Source: Suipraeoptans intestinalis
GTDB taxonomy: Bacteria > Bacillota > Clostridia > Lachnospirales > Lachnospiraceae
Reading direction: 5' to 3'
NCBI RefSeq assembly: GCF_009696485.1
Contig: NZ_VULY01000018.1
Coordinates: 2,157,906 to 2,221,905 of the forward strand
DNA: 64,000 nucleotides
Below are positions 20,064 through 30,920 of this stretch, in pieces. How positions within the stretch are numbered: position 1 is the stretch's first letter; each line of letters opens with the position of its first letter. The notes beneath the pieces were generated by a model that did no database searches, was not told where the DNA came from, and worked only from the letters and a program-made list of their open reading frames with translations. A program made the translations under genes and the position numbers.

Positions 20064-20776
20064 GACAGATCATTGAAAAGGGGCGACGGATCGTGTTTTT
20101 TGGAGGGGCGGGAGTTTCCACAGAAAGCGGCCTTCCGGATTTTCGTTCCGAGCAGGGATTATATCAGGCAAAACAAGAATACGGATATTCTCCCGAGGAA
20201 ATGTTAAGTCACAGCTTTTTCATGAAAGACAAGGAATTGTTTTTCAAATATTACAAGGAAAATCTGATCTGGAAGGAGGCGCTTCCCAATGACGCGCATC
20301 TTGCCCTGGCCAGACTGGAGCAGGAAGGGAAGCTGCGGGCGGTAGTCACGCAAAATATAGACGGGCTGCATCAGATGGCGGGAAGCAGGACCGTACTGGA
20401 GCTTCACGGCAGCGTTCAGAGAAATTATTGCATGGAGTGCGGGCAGTTCTATGATCTGGATTATATTCTGGAAAAAGATCACTGCGAAGGATATATCCCC
20501 CGATGTAAAAAGTGCGGAGGAGTGGTAAAGCCGGATGTGGTGCTGTATGAGGAGGCGTTGTCGGACACTGTTTTAAAGGAATCCATCCGAATGATCGCAG
20601 AGGCGGATGTCCTGATCGTAGGAGGAACCAGTCTGGTGGTCTATCCGGCGGCGGGACTGATCGATTATTTCAACGGCGACAGACTGGTGCTGATCAACAG
20701 ACAGCCCACCGCCTGTGACAACAGGGCGGATCTGGTTCTGCATGATTCCATTGGGAAGGTACTGGCCTTTTCCTGA
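20048..20776 (+). CDS. cobB: NAD-dependent protein deacylase (Sir2/CobB family)
   Basis: GAGVSTESGLPDFRS Rossmann motif, QNIDGLH, Zn ribbon CxxC...CxxC (CMECG...CKKCGG). Confidence 0.85.
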   Translation: MQEELRQIIEKGRRIVFFGGAGVSTESGLPDFRSEQGLYQAKQEYGYSPEEMLSHSFFMKDKELFFKYYKENLIWKEALPNDAHLALARLEQEGKLRAVVTQNIDGLHQMAGSRTVLELHGSVQRNYCMECGQFYDLDYILEKDHCEGYIPRCKKCGGVVKPDVVLYEEALSDTVLKESIRMIAEADVLIVGGTSLVVYPAAGLIDYFNGDRLVLINRQPTACDNRADLVLHDSIGKVLAFS

Positions 20777-20887
20777 GAGGAAAGAGCAGATAACATGTGC
20801 GGATACGACAGGATAGAAAAGGCAGTGGAAAAGAAGGAAAGTCCGTGAATATGCGAGAATATACGAATGTACGAAAAAAATAAAAAA

Positions 20888-20997
20888 TCTTGCAAAGCGG
20901 AACTAAGTGTGATAAGATAGGACAGGTTATGAGAAGGAAGATGGTCCGCTGGTACGAAGGTATTAAGAACATCCAGTTTTAATAGGAGGAAAATAGC
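20888..20997 (+). promoter_or_regulatory. Promoter (TTGCAA-17-TAAGAT) and about 80-nt leader upstream of rplS (possible L19-leader-type element)
   Basis: TTGCAA 20888-20893, 17-nt spacer, TAAGAT; untranslated leader up to the AGGAGG RBS. Confidence 0.35.
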
Positions 20998-21345
20998 ATG
21001 AATGAAATTATCAGAAGCCTGGAAGCGGAGCAGTTAAAGGCAGAGGCGCCTCAGTTTCGCGTGGGAGATACCGTAAAGGTATACGGAAAGATCAAAGAAG
21101 GAAACAGAGAAAGAGTACAGGTATTTGAAGGCACCGTACTGAAAAGACAGGGCGGAGGCTCCAAAGAGACCTTTACCGTAAGAAAGAACTCCAACGGGGT
21201 AGGCGTGGAAAAAACTTGGCCGCTGCACTCTCCAAATGTGGAAAGAGTAGAAGTTGTTCGCAGAGGTAAAGTAAGAAGAGCGAAACTGAACTACTTAAGA
21301 GACCGTGTAGGTAAGAGAGCAAAAGTAAAAGAACTGGTAAAATAG
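20998..21345 (+). CDS. rplS: 50S ribosomal protein L19
   Basis: Canonical L19 sequence (FRVGDTVKV...[12 protein letters not shown]-like). Confidence 0.95.
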   Translation: MNEIIRSLEAEQLKAEAPQFRVGDTVKVYGKIKEGNRERVQVFEGTVLKRQGGGSKETFTVRKNSNGVGVEKTWPLHSPNVERVEVVRRGKVRRAKLNYLRDRVGKRAKVKELVK

Positions 21346-21407
21346 AGATGAGGGAAGAGGGCAAGTACATAGCGTATGTTGCCCTTTTTTGCTATATGAG
21401 AGGGATT

Positions 21408-22058
21408 ATGAAGAAAAGAACCAAAAATTCCTATATCAGCTCCTACAAAAGAAAAAAACGGATCATGCAGCTGGCGAAAGGGAAGCAGGGCGGCAAAAAA
21501 CGGAGAAAAGAACTGCTGAAAGCGTTGTGGAAGCGCCTTCCGAAAGCCGGAATATGGGTGTTCCAGATTGTGATCGTGTGCCTGCTGGCATTTGTACTGG
21601 TCTATTATTTCGGTCAGAGAGTCAGCACGGTGGGGGACTCCATGCGTCCTGTCCTGCAAAATAAGGATGTGGTACTGGTCAATCGGATGGTGTACAATGT
21701 CAGCGTACCGAAGCGGGGGGATGTGATCGTATTTAAACCCAAGGGGAACGAGAACTCCCACTACTACATGAAACGGATCGTGGGACTGCCGGGCGAGACT
21801 GTGGAGATCATTGAAAACAACGTCTATATCAACGGGAAAAAATTAAAAGAAGACTATCAGGTGACGGACATAGATGACGTGGGGATCGTGCATGAAAAGA
21901 TGCAGCTGTCGAAAGAGGAGTATTTTGTCCTGGGAGACAACCGGAAAAACAGCGAGGACAGCCGGGACGCCGACGTGGGAAATGTAAAAAAAGAGTACAT
22001 CTATGGGAAGGCATGGATGGTTATTTCTTTTACCAGACAATTTGGATGGATTCGATAA
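21408..22058 (+). CDS. lepB: Signal peptidase I
   Basis: TM anchor then GDSMRP (catalytic Ser box), YMKRIVGLPGETVEI (Lys box), GDNRKNSEDSR box E; start tentatively at MKKRT (21408). Confidence 0.8.
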   Translation: MKKRTKNSYISSYKRKKRIMQLAKGKQGGKKRRKELLKALWKRLPKAGIWVFQIVIVCLLAFVLVYYFGQRVSTVGDSMRPVLQNKDVVLVNRMVYNVSVPKRGDVIVFKPKGNENSHYYMKRIVGLPGETVEIIENNVYINGKKLKEDYQVTDIDDVGIVHEKMQLSKEEYFVLGDNRKNSEDSRDADVGNVKKEYIYGKAWMVISFTRQFGWIR

Positions 22059-22068
22059 GGAGAAACAG

Positions 22069-22926
22069 ATGCAAGTACAATGGTATCCTGGTCATATGAC
22101 AAAAGCAAAGCGTATGATGCAGGAAAATATAAAACTGGTGGATCTCATCATAGAGCTGGTGGACGCCAGAGCTCCCATCAGCAGCCGGAACCCGGATATA
22201 GATACTCTGGGAGCGGGAAAATCCAGGCTGATCCTGCTGAATAAAGCAGATCTGGCAGAGGAGCACTGGAACAGCCGGTGGATCGAGCATTTTAAAGAGA
22301 AAGGGATCCTGGCAGTAAAGGTCAATTCCAAAAAGGGCGGAGGGATAAAATCTATCCAGGGAGTGATCCAGGAAGCCTGCAAGGAAAAGATGGAAAGAGA
22401 CAGAAAGAGAGGGATCCTGAACCGCCCGGTCAGAGCGATGGTGGCCGGCATCCCAAACGTGGGGAAATCCACCTTTATCAACAGTCTTGCGGGAAAAGCC
22501 TGCACGAAGACGGGGAACAAGCCGGGAGTTACCAGAGGAAAACAGTGGATCCGCCTGAACCGCCAGGTGGAGCTTTTGGATACACCGGGGATCCTGTGGC
22601 CGAAGTTTGAAGATCAGAGGATCGGTCTTTGTCTGGCGATGATCGGTTCCATAAAGGAAGAAGTCCTAAATCTGGAAGAGCTGGCGGCGCACGCCGTTTC
22701 CTTTCTGAACCGGGAGTATCCGGGAATGTTAGAGGACAAGTATGGGACGTCCCGCTGCGAAGATCCCTATGAGGCGCTGGCAGCCATTGCGCAAAGCAGA
22801 AACTGCCTGCTAAAAGGGGGAGAAGCAGACATTGAAAAAGCGGCGCTGCTTTTTCTGGATGATTTTAGAAACGGAAGACTGGGCAGGCTGACACTGGAGC
22901 GCCCGGTTAAGGAGGAAATAGAATGA
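22069..22926 (+). CDS. rbgA: Ribosome biogenesis GTPase A (RbgA/YlqF)
   Basis: Circularly permuted GTPase: MQVQWYPGHMTKA start, G4 NKADL before G1 GIPNVGKST, DTPG; RBS AAGGAGAAAC. Confidence 0.9.
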   Translation: MQVQWYPGHMTKAKRMMQENIKLVDLIIELVDARAPISSRNPDIDTLGAGKSRLILLNKADLAEEHWNSRWIEHFKEKGILAVKVNSKKGGGIKSIQGVIQEACKEKMERDRKRGILNRPVRAMVAGIPNVGKSTFINSLAGKACTKTGNKPGVTRGKQWIRLNRQVELLDTPGILWPKFEDQRIGLCLAMIGSIKEEVLNLEELAAHAVSFLNREYPGMLEDKYGTSRCEDPYEALAAIAQSRNCLLKGGEADIEKAALLFLDDFRNGRLGRLTLERPVKEEIE

Positions 22927-23504
22927 GCAGGAAAACAGAAGGGGAAGGACTGCTGGTCCGCGTATTTGGGAAAGTGATCGGGGGGATTCTTGGCTGGATC
23001 CTTTATCTGCTGATCATCGTAGGGCTGACCTATCTGATCATTACCTATGTGGGGCAGCGGACCCGGGTCAGTGGTTCTTCCATGGAAACGACCTTAAGCG
23101 ACGGCGATAATCTGATCGTGGACAAACTGTCCTATCATTTCCGTGCCCCCAGCCGATTTGACATTGTGGTATTCCCCTATCAGTATGCGGAAAACACCTA
23201 TTATATCAAGCGGATCATCGGCCTGCCCGGGGATACGGTACAGGTGATCGACGGGTATGTGTGGATCAACGGAGAACGGCTGGAATCAGACACCTACGGG
23301 AATGAAGTGATGAACAGTCCGGGGATTGCAGCAGAACCTATCACGCTGGGAGAGGATGAGTATTTTGTACTGGGAGACAACAGGAATCACAGTGCGGACA
23401 GCCGGGAGCCCAGCGTAGGAGTCATCAAAAGGAAAAACCTGATGGGCCGGGCGTGGGTAAGGATCTATCCTTTCGATAAAGTGGGGACGATCCGGCATGA
23501 GTAG
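22923..23504 (+). CDS. lepB: Signal peptidase I (second copy)
   Basis: SGSSMETTL Ser box, [15 protein letters not shown] Lys box, [11 protein letters not shown]; start overlaps the rbgA stop (ATGA). Confidence 0.85.
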   Translation: MSRKTEGEGLLVRVFGKVIGGILGWILYLLIIVGLTYLIITYVGQRTRVSGSSMETTLSDGDNLIVDKLSYHFRAPSRFDIVVFPYQYAENTYYIKRIIGLPGDTVQVIDGYVWINGERLESDTYGNEVMNSPGIAAEPITLGEDEYFVLGDNRNHSADSREPSVGVIKRKNLMGRAWVRIYPFDKVGTIRHE

Positions 23505-24300
23505 AAGGAAGGACGATCCGATCGCCGGATGTAAAGGACAGGAAGCGTCGGAATCACAAAAAAAAGATCAGACAGAAAACGGGACGCCAAAAAACAGACA
23601 GGAGAAGCGGCAGGCAGAACAAGGACCAAGCAGAAAACAGATCAGGGAAGCGGAGAAGAAACAGAGACAGGAAGAACGCCTCCAAAAGGAGCGGGCACGT
23701 ACAGAGCAGATGTACCAGTTTGAAGAAGCATACAGAGAGTACCAGGCTATTTGCGGAATTGACGAGGTGGGAAGAGGTCCTTTTGCGGGGCCGGTAGTGG
23801 CGGCAGCGGTGATCCTGCCCAAAGAAGAACGGCTGCTTTATCTGAATGATTCCAAGAAGCTGACTGAAAAGAAGCGGGAACTGTTATATGAGAAGATCAT
23901 GGAAAAAGCGGTGGCAGTAGGGATCGGGATGGTCAGTCCGGCCAGGATCGATGCCATCAATATTTTGCAGGCCACCTATGAGGCTATGCGGATGGCGGTA
24001 TCTGAGCTTTCGGTGGCGCCGGACCTGCTGTTGAACGATGCGGTGACGATTCCGGAACTTCCCATGAAGCAGGTGCCTATCATCAAAGGAGATGCCAAAA
24101 GTGCTTCCATTGCGGCGGCAAGTATCGTCGCAAAGGTGACCAGGGACCGGCTGATGTGTGAATATGACAAAATACTTCCGGGATACGGCTTTGCCTCCAA
24201 CAAGGGGTATGGAACCAAAGCCCATATCGAAGGGCTGCAAAAGCTGGGAGTAACACCCATCCACCGACGCACTTTTTTGAAGAACTATATAGACGATTGA
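23497..24300 (+). CDS. rnhB: Ribonuclease HII with highly charged N-terminal extension
   Basis: [21 protein letters not shown] RNase HII active-site region (DE..GRG); the first ~70 aa are K/E/Q/R-rich low complexity. Start assumed at ATG 23497 overlapping the lepB stop; a later start (MYQFEE, about 23712) cannot be excluded. Confidence 0.8.
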   Translation: MSRRKDDPIAGCKGQEASESQKKDQTENGTPKNRQEKRQAEQGPSRKQIREAEKKQRQEERLQKERARTEQMYQFEEAYREYQAICGIDEVGRGPFAGPVVAAAVILPKEERLLYLNDSKKLTEKKRELLYEKIMEKAVAVGIGMVSPARIDAINILQATYEAMRMAVSELSVAPDLLLNDAVTIPELPMKQVPIIKGDAKSASIAAASIVAKVTRDRLMCEYDKILPGYGFASNKGYGTKAHIEGLQKLGVTPIHRRTFLKNYIDD

Positions 24301-24406
24301 TTTTTCTTAAAATATCATAAAACAAAAGATTTTCTCTGAAAGACTATGGGAATGGCAGACTTTTTGAAAAATCAGACGGAGAGTGGATTCTCTTTGGGGA
24401 AAGCGG

Positions 24407-24772
24407 ATGGCACAGAAAAAGAGACAAAAAGCAGATACCAGACGGCAGACAGGGAAGGCCTATGAAGAAAGAGCGGCGGCTTTTCTTCAGAACCGGGGAT
24501 ATACGGTCATAGAACGTAATGTATTCAGCCGGATCGGAGAGATCGATATCGTTGCAGAAGAAGGAGGATATCTGGTGTTTTGCGAGGTGAAATACCGGAG
24601 AAAAGGAACCTTCGGAATAGCGGCGGAAGCAGTAGACGCAAGAAAGCAGAAAAAGCTGTTTTACTGTGCGATGGAATATCTCAGGCAAAAAGGCCTGCAG
24701 GAAATCCCCTGCCGCTTTGATGTGGTGGCATTTGACGGGGAAAGTGTCGAAGTTTATCAAAACGCATTTTGA
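24407..24772 (+). CDS. yraN: YraN family (UPF0102) putative endonuclease
   Basis: GEIDIVAEEGGYLVFCEVKYRR...AVDARKQ PD-(D/E)xK-like core typical of YraN. Confidence 0.75.
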   Translation: MAQKKRQKADTRRQTGKAYEERAAAFLQNRGYTVIERNVFSRIGEIDIVAEEGGYLVFCEVKYRRKGTFGIAAEAVDARKQKKLFYCAMEYLRQKGLQEIPCRFDVVAFDGESVEVYQNAF

Positions 24773-24797
24773 AGTGAAAAGAAACGGAGGCGGAAGC

Positions 24798-25631
24798 ATG
24801 AAACCGGAGCTTACCTACAAACCGGGCAGCAGAACGTTTGTACCGAAGGAGCAGCAAGGGGTTCCTTTTTTGTCCTGTGAGGGACTGGAAAAAACAGGGA
24901 TCGTACATCAGGGCTTTTCCACCAGACTGGGAGGGGTCAGCAAAGGGTGCTACAGCACCATGAATATCAGTACCAGCAGAGGGGATGATCCGGCTGCCAT
25001 CCGGGAGAATCAGAGGAGGATCGCAAAAGCCATAGGGATAGAACCGGAATCTATGGTATACACCCATCAGGTACATGGCACCAGGGTGGTGCGGGTTGGA
25101 AGAGACGACTGTGGAACCTGTATTCCTGAGACAGACGGACTGGTCACAAACGAAACAGGAGTCTGCCTGGTTACTTTTTTTGCGGACTGCGTTCCTCTGT
25201 TTTTTATCGACAGAAAGAATCGTGCCATCGGACTGAGCCATTCCGGGTGGCGGGGAACGGTAGGCCGTATGGGAGAAGTGACGCTAAGGAGGATGGCAGA
25301 GGAATTTGGAACCCGAAGCGAAGACGTAACGGCGGCCATTGCTCCTTCCATCTGCCAGGACTGCTACGAGGTCAGTGAAGATGTAGTGGAACAGTTTCGG
25401 CGGGCGTTTGACGAGAGGCTGTGGCAGGATATTTTTTATGAAAAAGGGCGGGGGAAGTACCAGCTAAATCTTTGGAAGGCCAATGAATACGTGCTGTTGG
25501 AAGCAGGGATCAAAAGGGAAAACCTGTTTGTAACGACCATCTGCACCCATTGCAACCCCCAGATACTGTTTTCCCACAGAAGGACGGGAAATCAGAGGGG
25601 CAATCTAAGCGCCTTTCTTGCACTGAAATAG
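24798..25631 (+). CDS. pgeF: Peptidoglycan editing factor PgeF / YfiH (DUF152, purine nucleoside phosphorylase LACC1 family)
   Basis: HQVHGTRVV, ADCVPLFF, HSGWRG, ICTHC conserved YfiH motifs; RBS GGAGGCGGAAGC before ATG 24798. Confidence 0.85.
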   Translation: MKPELTYKPGSRTFVPKEQQGVPFLSCEGLEKTGIVHQGFSTRLGGVSKGCYSTMNISTSRGDDPAAIRENQRRIAKAIGIEPESMVYTHQVHGTRVVRVGRDDCGTCIPETDGLVTNETGVCLVTFFADCVPLFFIDRKNRAIGLSHSGWRGTVGRMGEVTLRRMAEEFGTRSEDVTAAIAPSICQDCYEVSEDVVEQFRRAFDERLWQDIFYEKGRGKYQLNLWKANEYVLLEAGIKRENLFVTTICTHCNPQILFSHRRTGNQRGNLSAFLALK

Positions 25632-25641
25632 GAGTAGGAAA

Positions 25642-26529
25642 ATGGAGATGTGTGTATTAACGACGGAAAGTACAAAAGAAGTGACAGAAACGGTACAGGA
25701 TACGGTAGGTGAAGTTGGCAGGATGACAGAATACCTGCAAAACCACCTTCCGGATATCCTGGCCTATGGGATCAGGGTGCTCCTGGCACTAGTGGTGTTT
25801 TTTGTGGGACGCATCGTCATCAAGTGGATACGGGCGCTGGTGGGGCGTTCCTTTCAGCGTTCCGGAGTGGATGCAGGCGTCAGGCAGTTTACCGATTCCT
25901 TCCTCAAATTTGCGCTGTATGTGGTGCTGATCTTCAGCATCGTAACCAAGCTTGGCGTAGACACGGCGTCGGTGGCGGCTGTTCTGGCGTCGGCGGGAGT
26001 GGCCATCGGCCTGGCGCTGCAGGGAAGTCTGGCAAACTTTGCCGGAGGAGTACTGATCCTGCTTTTAAAGCCGTTTGAGGTAGGGGATTATATTGTGGAG
26101 GATACCAATAAAAATGAGGGAACTGTGAAAGAAATCCAAATTTTTTACACGAAACTCAGTACCCTGGACAATAAGACCATCGTGATCCCAAACGGGATGC
26201 TGACCAACAACAGCATCACCAACGTAACGGCCAAAAATGAAAGGAGACTGGATCTTAGAGTGACGATCGCCTACGATTCAGATCTTCGCCGGGCAAAACA
26301 GCTGCTGGAGCAGGTGGTAAAAACAGACGGGCAGATTCTGCAGGAAGAGGAGATACTGATTTTTGTGGATGAGCTGGGAGAAAGAGGCGTTGTTCTGGGA
26401 GCCAGGGCCTGGGTGGTCAGCGAGCATTACTGGGAAGCCAGATGGCGCATCCTGGAAAATATCCGGCTCGCATTTGAAGAGCATGGGGTCCGCCTTCCGG
26501 AAGTGGGAGTGATCAGCAGACCCAGATAG
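25642..26529 (+). CDS. Small-conductance mechanosensitive channel (MscS family)
   Basis: Three TM helices then MscS pore/beta domain ...GLALQGSLANFAGGVLILLLKPFEVGDYI... Confidence 0.85.
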   Translation: MEMCVLTTESTKEVTETVQDTVGEVGRMTEYLQNHLPDILAYGIRVLLALVVFFVGRIVIKWIRALVGRSFQRSGVDAGVRQFTDSFLKFALYVVLIFSIVTKLGVDTASVAAVLASAGVAIGLALQGSLANFAGGVLILLLKPFEVGDYIVEDTNKNEGTVKEIQIFYTKLSTLDNKTIVIPNGMLTNNSITNVTAKNERRLDLRVTIAYDSDLRRAKQLLEQVVKTDGQILQEEEILIFVDELGERGVVLGARAWVVSEHYWEARWRILENIRLAFEEHGVRLPEVGVISRPR

Positions 26530-26659
26530 GAGAGCGAAGATCAAAGAGCTTACGAAGAATCTGCAAATACCCTGCAGCGCGCTGCCAAACCGGTGGAAAC
26601 CTTGAAAACAAAAGGGTTTTCTCTTGAAATCTTTTTGAAAATATGATAACATCTAAAGG

Positions 26660-26690
26660 TCGCAAAAAACACGCATTTGTTTGCCGGAGA
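26660..26690 (+). promoter_or_regulatory. Promoter for rpsB-tsf (TTGAAA-17-TAACAT) followed by about 100-nt leader containing a GCCGCAG-gat-CTGCGGT hairpin
   Basis: Near-consensus -35/-10 at 17-nt spacing; structured untranslated leader before the rpsB RBS GGAGGAAAAAAC. Confidence 0.4.
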
Positions 26691-26760
26691 CGGTGCCGCA
26701 GGATCTGCGGTTTGAAGGCTTACACATATGCGGAAGAAAAAACCAAATGGAGGAAAAAAC

Positions 26761-27498
26761 ATGAGTGTAATTTCAATGAAACAGCTTTTGGAGGCAGGTG
26801 TACATTTTGGACACCAGACAAGAAGATGGAACCCGAAAATGGCCCCGTATATCTACACAGAGAGAAACGGGATCTACATCATTGACCTGCAGAAATCTGT
26901 AGGAAAAGTAGATGAGGCTTACCAGGCGATCTCTGATGTAGCGGCAGAGGGCGGAACCGTTCTGTTTGTAGGAACCAAGAAGCAGGCACAGGATGCGATC
27001 CGTACAGAAGCAGAGCGCTGCGGTATGTACTATGTAAATGAGAGATGGCTGGGTGGTATGCTGACCAACTTCAAGACCATCAAGAGCAGAGTGGCACGTC
27101 TGAAAGAGATCGAGAGAATGTCAGAAGACGGAACCTTTGAGGTGCTGCCGAAGAAGGAAGTGATCCAGTTGAGAAAAGAATGGGAAAAGCTGGAGAAGAA
27201 CCTGGGCGGAATCAAGGATATGAACAGACTGCCGGATGTGATCTTCATCGTAGATCCGAAAAAAGAGAGAATCTGTGTGCAGGAAGCGCATACGCTGGGA
27301 ATTCCGTTGGTAGGAATCGCGGACACCAACTGTGATCCGGAAGAGCTGGATTATGTGATCCCGGGAAATGACGACGCTATCCGCGCTGTCAAGCTGATCG
27401 TATCTAAGATGGCAGATGCCGTGATCGAAGCAAACCAGGGAATGACAGGAGAAGACGTATACGAAGAGGCTGTTTCCGAGGAAGAAGCGGCAGAGTAG
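26761..27498 (+). CDS. rpsB: 30S ribosomal protein S2
   Basis: [27 protein letters not shown]... canonical S2. Confidence 0.95.
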   Translation: MSVISMKQLLEAGVHFGHQTRRWNPKMAPYIYTERNGIYIIDLQKSVGKVDEAYQAISDVAAEGGTVLFVGTKKQAQDAIRTEAERCGMYYVNERWLGGMLTNFKTIKSRVARLKEIERMSEDGTFEVLPKKEVIQLRKEWEKLEKNLGGIKDMNRLPDVIFIVDPKKERICVQEAHTLGIPLVGIADTNCDPEELDYVIPGNDDAIRAVKLIVSKMADAVIEANQGMTGEDVYEEAVSEEEAAE

Positions 27499-27549
27499 TC
27501 ATTCTCATAAAAGATAGAAAATAGAAAATAGGAACGGAGGAATAGAAGC

Positions 27550-28470
27550 ATGGCAATTACAGCTAGCATGGTAAAAGAGCTGAGAGAAATGACCGGAGCA
27601 GGAATGATGGACTGCAAGAAGGCTCTGAATGAGACCAACGGAGACATGGATGCAGCCATTGAGTACCTGAGAAAGAACGGTCAGGCAAAGGCAGAGAAGA
27701 AGGCGGGACGTATTGCGGCTGAGGGAATCGTTATGGCAGAGGTAAGAGACGATAAGACGGCAGCGATCGTAGAGGTGAATTCTGAGACAGACTTTGTTGC
27801 AAAGAACGCAGAATTCCAGGGATTTGTAAAGGCAGTGGTAAATCAGGCGCTGGCAACAGATTCTGCGGATCTGGACGCTTTCATGGCAGAGGCATGGAAC
27901 GAGGACGCTTCCAAGACAGTAAAAGACGCCTTGACAGAAAAGATTTCTGTGATCGGAGAAAATCTCAGCATCAGAAGATTTGAGAAGGTAGTATCCGAAG
28001 GGTGTGCCGTATCTTACATCCACGGCGGCGGACGGATCGGAGTCATCGTAGACGCAGAGACGGACGTTGTGAATGATGAGATCAGAACCTGCCTGAAAAA
28101 TGTTGCAATGCAGGTGGCGGCAATGTCTCCCAAGTATGTATCCAGAGAGGAAGTGTCTCAGGATTATCTGGAGCACGAAAAAGAGATCCTTCTGGCACAG
28201 GCAAAGCTGGAAAATCCGAACAAGCCGGACAACATCATCGAAAAGATGATCATCGGACGTCTGAACAAAGAATTGAAAGAGATCTGCCTGCTGGATCAGG
28301 TATATGTGCAGGATGGAGATCTGACAGTAGAAAAATATGTGGAAAAAGTTGCAAAGGAAAACGGAGCAACCGTTACCGTAAAGAGATTTGTGCGTTTCGA
28401 GACCGGAGAAGGAATCGAGAAAAAGCAGGAGGACTTTGCAGCAGAAGTTGCAGCTCAGATGGGAAAATAA
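27550..28470 (+). CDS. tsf: Elongation factor Ts
   Basis: MAITASMVKELREMTGAGMMDCKKAL... canonical EF-Ts UBA-like N-terminus and dimerization domains. Confidence 0.95.
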   Translation: MAITASMVKELREMTGAGMMDCKKALNETNGDMDAAIEYLRKNGQAKAEKKAGRIAAEGIVMAEVRDDKTAAIVEVNSETDFVAKNAEFQGFVKAVVNQALATDSADLDAFMAEAWNEDASKTVKDALTEKISVIGENLSIRRFEKVVSEGCAVSYIHGGGRIGVIVDAETDVVNDEIRTCLKNVAMQVAAMSPKYVSREEVSQDYLEHEKEILLAQAKLENPNKPDNIIEKMIIGRLNKELKEICLLDQVYVQDGDLTVEKYVEKVAKENGATVTVKRFVRFETGEGIEKKQEDFAAEVAAQMGK

Positions 28471-28565
28471 GCGATCCTGTGTGAAAAGCAGCCTGGCGAA
28501 ATGAAAAGAAGACCCCTACGATCGGCATGTGATTCCGGTCGCAGGGGTTTTGTAGGAGAAAAGGA

Positions 28566-29780
28566 ATGAAGAAAAAATTGTCGTTAACGACGCAGATATT
28601 TATTGCGCTGGTACTGGGGATCCTGGCGGGAATTGCCCTGACGGGACATCCGGATATCGCAACCACCTACATCAATCCCATCGGTACCATTTTTTTAAAT
28701 CTGATCAAATGGATCGTGACTCCGCTGGTGTTTTTCTCAATTATGGCAGGGGTTATTTCGTTACAGGACATTAAAAAGGTGGGCTCCATTGGGGGCAAGA
28801 CCATCCTGTATTATATGTGTACCACGGCATTTGCCGTCACGATAGGGCTGGCGTTTGCCAATGGGCTGAAGGGGATCTTTCCGGTGCTGAGCACGTCGGA
28901 TCTGAAATATGAGGGAAGTGATCCGGTAAGTTTTATGGAAACGCTGGTCAATATGTTTCCTTCCAACTTCATAGCACCGTTTTTAGATGCAGCCATGCTG
29001 CAGGTGATCATAGGCTCCCTGCTGGTGGGGTTTGCCATTATGCAGGTGGGAGACAAGGGAAAAAAGGCTGTGCAGGCGGTGGATACCATCAATGACATTT
29101 GTCTGATGGTCATGGAACTGATCCTGAAGCTTTCTCCGATCGGAGTATTTTGCCTTCTTTGTCCGGTGGTGGCCGTGAATGGACCTTCCATCATCGGATC
29201 CCTGGCAAAGGTGCTTCTGGTAGCCTACGTATGCTATGTCGTACACGGAGTTTTTGTGTATTCCCTGTCTGTGAAAGCAGTGGCGGGGATGAATCCCGTT
29301 ACGTTTTTCAAGGGGATGCTGCCGGCGATCCTGTTTGCGTTTTCGTCAGCTTCCTCTGTAGGAACGCTTCCTTTGAATATGGAATGTACGGAAAAGCTGG
29401 GGGCAAAAAAGGAAGTATCCTCTTTCGTGCTCCCACTTGGGGCGACGATCAATATGGATGGAACGGCCATCTATCAGGGAGTCTGTGTGGTATTCATTGC
29501 TTCCTGCTATGGCATCAACCTGACGATCTCCCAGATGATCACCATCGTACTGACGGCCACCCTGGCTTCCATCGGAACGGCGGGAGTGCCGGGATCCGGG
29601 ATGGTGATGCTGGCCATGGTGCTGCAATCGGTGGGGCTTCCTGTGGAAGGGATCGCACTGGTAGCCGGAGTGGACAGATTGTTTGATATGGGACGGACGA
29701 CGGTAAATATCACAGGAGACGCTTCCTGTGCCATTGTGGTAAATGCATTGTTGGAGAAAAAAGAAGCAAAACGGCAGTAA
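28566..29780 (+). CDS. Dicarboxylate/amino acid:cation symporter (DAACS; GltP/SstT-like)
   Basis: 404-aa multi-TM protein with DAACS hairpin motifs (SSASSVGTLP, GATINMDGTA, GVPGSGM). Confidence 0.85.
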   Translation: MKKKLSLTTQIFIALVLGILAGIALTGHPDIATTYINPIGTIFLNLIKWIVTPLVFFSIMAGVISLQDIKKVGSIGGKTILYYMCTTAFAVTIGLAFANGLKGIFPVLSTSDLKYEGSDPVSFMETLVNMFPSNFIAPFLDAAMLQVIIGSLLVGFAIMQVGDKGKKAVQAVDTINDICLMVMELILKLSPIGVFCLLCPVVAVNGPSIIGSLAKVLLVAYVCYVVHGVFVYSLSVKAVAGMNPVTFFKGMLPAILFAFSSASSVGTLPLNMECTEKLGAKKEVSSFVLPLGATINMDGTAIYQGVCVVFIASCYGINLTISQMITIVLTATLASIGTAGVPGSGMVMLAMVLQSVGLPVEGIALVAGVDRLFDMGRTTVNITGDASCAIVVNALLEKKEAKRQ

Positions 29781-29805
29781 TGACAGTGTTCTTGGAGGGA
29801 AGAGT

Positions 29806-30072
29806 ATGGGAAAAGTAATGCTTTCAAAAACAGAGTCGCTTTTTATGCATAACAGGTTGAAAGAACGATTGGCTGCCCGGGGGATTGCTTTTGAAGAGGA
29901 GGCAGCTGTCGGGGCAGGGATCAAGGAAATGATAAAGAACATTCTTGTGTTTCAAAGGCCGAGCAGCGGTGTTCGAAGAAGCGAATCTCCGGGAACATAC
30001 ACCCTTTGGATCGAGGAAGAAGACAGTGAGAAGGCAAGGCTCATAAAAGAAGAGCTGGAGAAAGCCTTATAG
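29806..30072 (+). CDS. Hypothetical small protein (88 aa)
   Basis: ORF with strong RBS GGAGGGAAG 6 nt before ATG 29806; no family recognisable by eye; followed by a terminator. Confidence 0.5.
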   Translation: MGKVMLSKTESLFMHNRLKERLAARGIAFEEEAAVGAGIKEMIKNILVFQRPSSGVRRSESPGTYTLWIEEEDSEKARLIKEELEKAL

Positions 30073-30088
30073 AATTTACGAGAATTTC

Positions 30089-30124
30089 AGGGATGCTTTT
30101 CTTGAGGGAAGCATCCCTTTCCTG
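30089..30124 (+). terminator. Intrinsic terminator
   Basis: GGGATGCTT...AAGCATCCC 9-bp stem followed by TTTCCTG; a consensus promoter TTGAAA-17-TAAAAT (30146-30174) for azlCD follows. Confidence 0.7.
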
Positions 30125-30197
30125 TAAAAAAAGTCAGGTTGAAATTCCGTCCGAATCAAAGTAAAATGAGGGGAACAGAAGAAAGGAAGACAAGTTG

Positions 30198-30920
30198 ATG
30201 CAAAGACACAAAGACATAAAAAAAGCATTTCTGGCAGCATTTCCCCATACGGTCCCGATCCTGGCGGGCTTTCTGTTCCTGGGGCTGTCCTATGGGATCT
30301 ACATGAATGCTTCCGGATTTTCCTTTTGGTATCCCATGCTGATGAGTATGCTGATATTTGCAGGGTCCATGGAATTTGTGGCTGTCAGTATACTGTTAGG
30401 CGGGTTTCATCCTCTGCAGACTTTCCTTCTTACGATTGTGATCAATGCAAGGCATCTGTTTTACGGCCTGTCTATGCTGGATCGGTACAGAGGGCATGGC
30501 AGGAAAGATCTCTACCTGATCTTTGGGATGTGTGATGAAACCTTTTCCATTAATTATACGGCAGATATACCGGAGGGAGTGGATCCAGGATGGTTTATGA
30601 CGTTTGTGACGCTCCTGAATCATTTTTACTGGGTGCTGGGAGCTACGCTGGGAGGCCTTTTGGGAGGACTTCTGCACATCAATACCAAGGGGATCGAATT
30701 TGTGATGACGGCGATGTTCGTTGTTATTTTTCTGGAGCAGTGGAGAAAAGAAAAAAGCCATGAAAGCGGCGTGCTGGGGCTGGGAATCTCCCTTCTGTGT
30801 CTTTTGGTATTTGGAAGAGACCATTTTATCATTCCGTCGATGGTGGGGATCCTGGTGGTGTTAAGCGGGATGCGGATCTATACACGGCAGAGGGAAAAAG
30901 GAAGGGAGGAAGTTGTATGA
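30198..30920 (+). CDS. azlC: Branched-chain amino acid exporter AzlC family
   Basis: AzlC signature N-terminus ([23 protein letters not shown]...) and hydrophobic profile; ATG 30198 (the listed ORF begins at TTG 30195). Confidence 0.85.
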   Translation: MQRHKDIKKAFLAAFPHTVPILAGFLFLGLSYGIYMNASGFSFWYPMLMSMLIFAGSMEFVAVSILLGGFHPLQTFLLTIVINARHLFYGLSMLDRYRGHGRKDLYLIFGMCDETFSINYTADIPEGVDPGWFMTFVTLLNHFYWVLGATLGGLLGGLLHINTKGIEFVMTAMFVVIFLEQWRKEKSHESGVLGLGISLLCLLVFGRDHFIIPSMVGILVVLSGMRIYTRQREKGREEVV

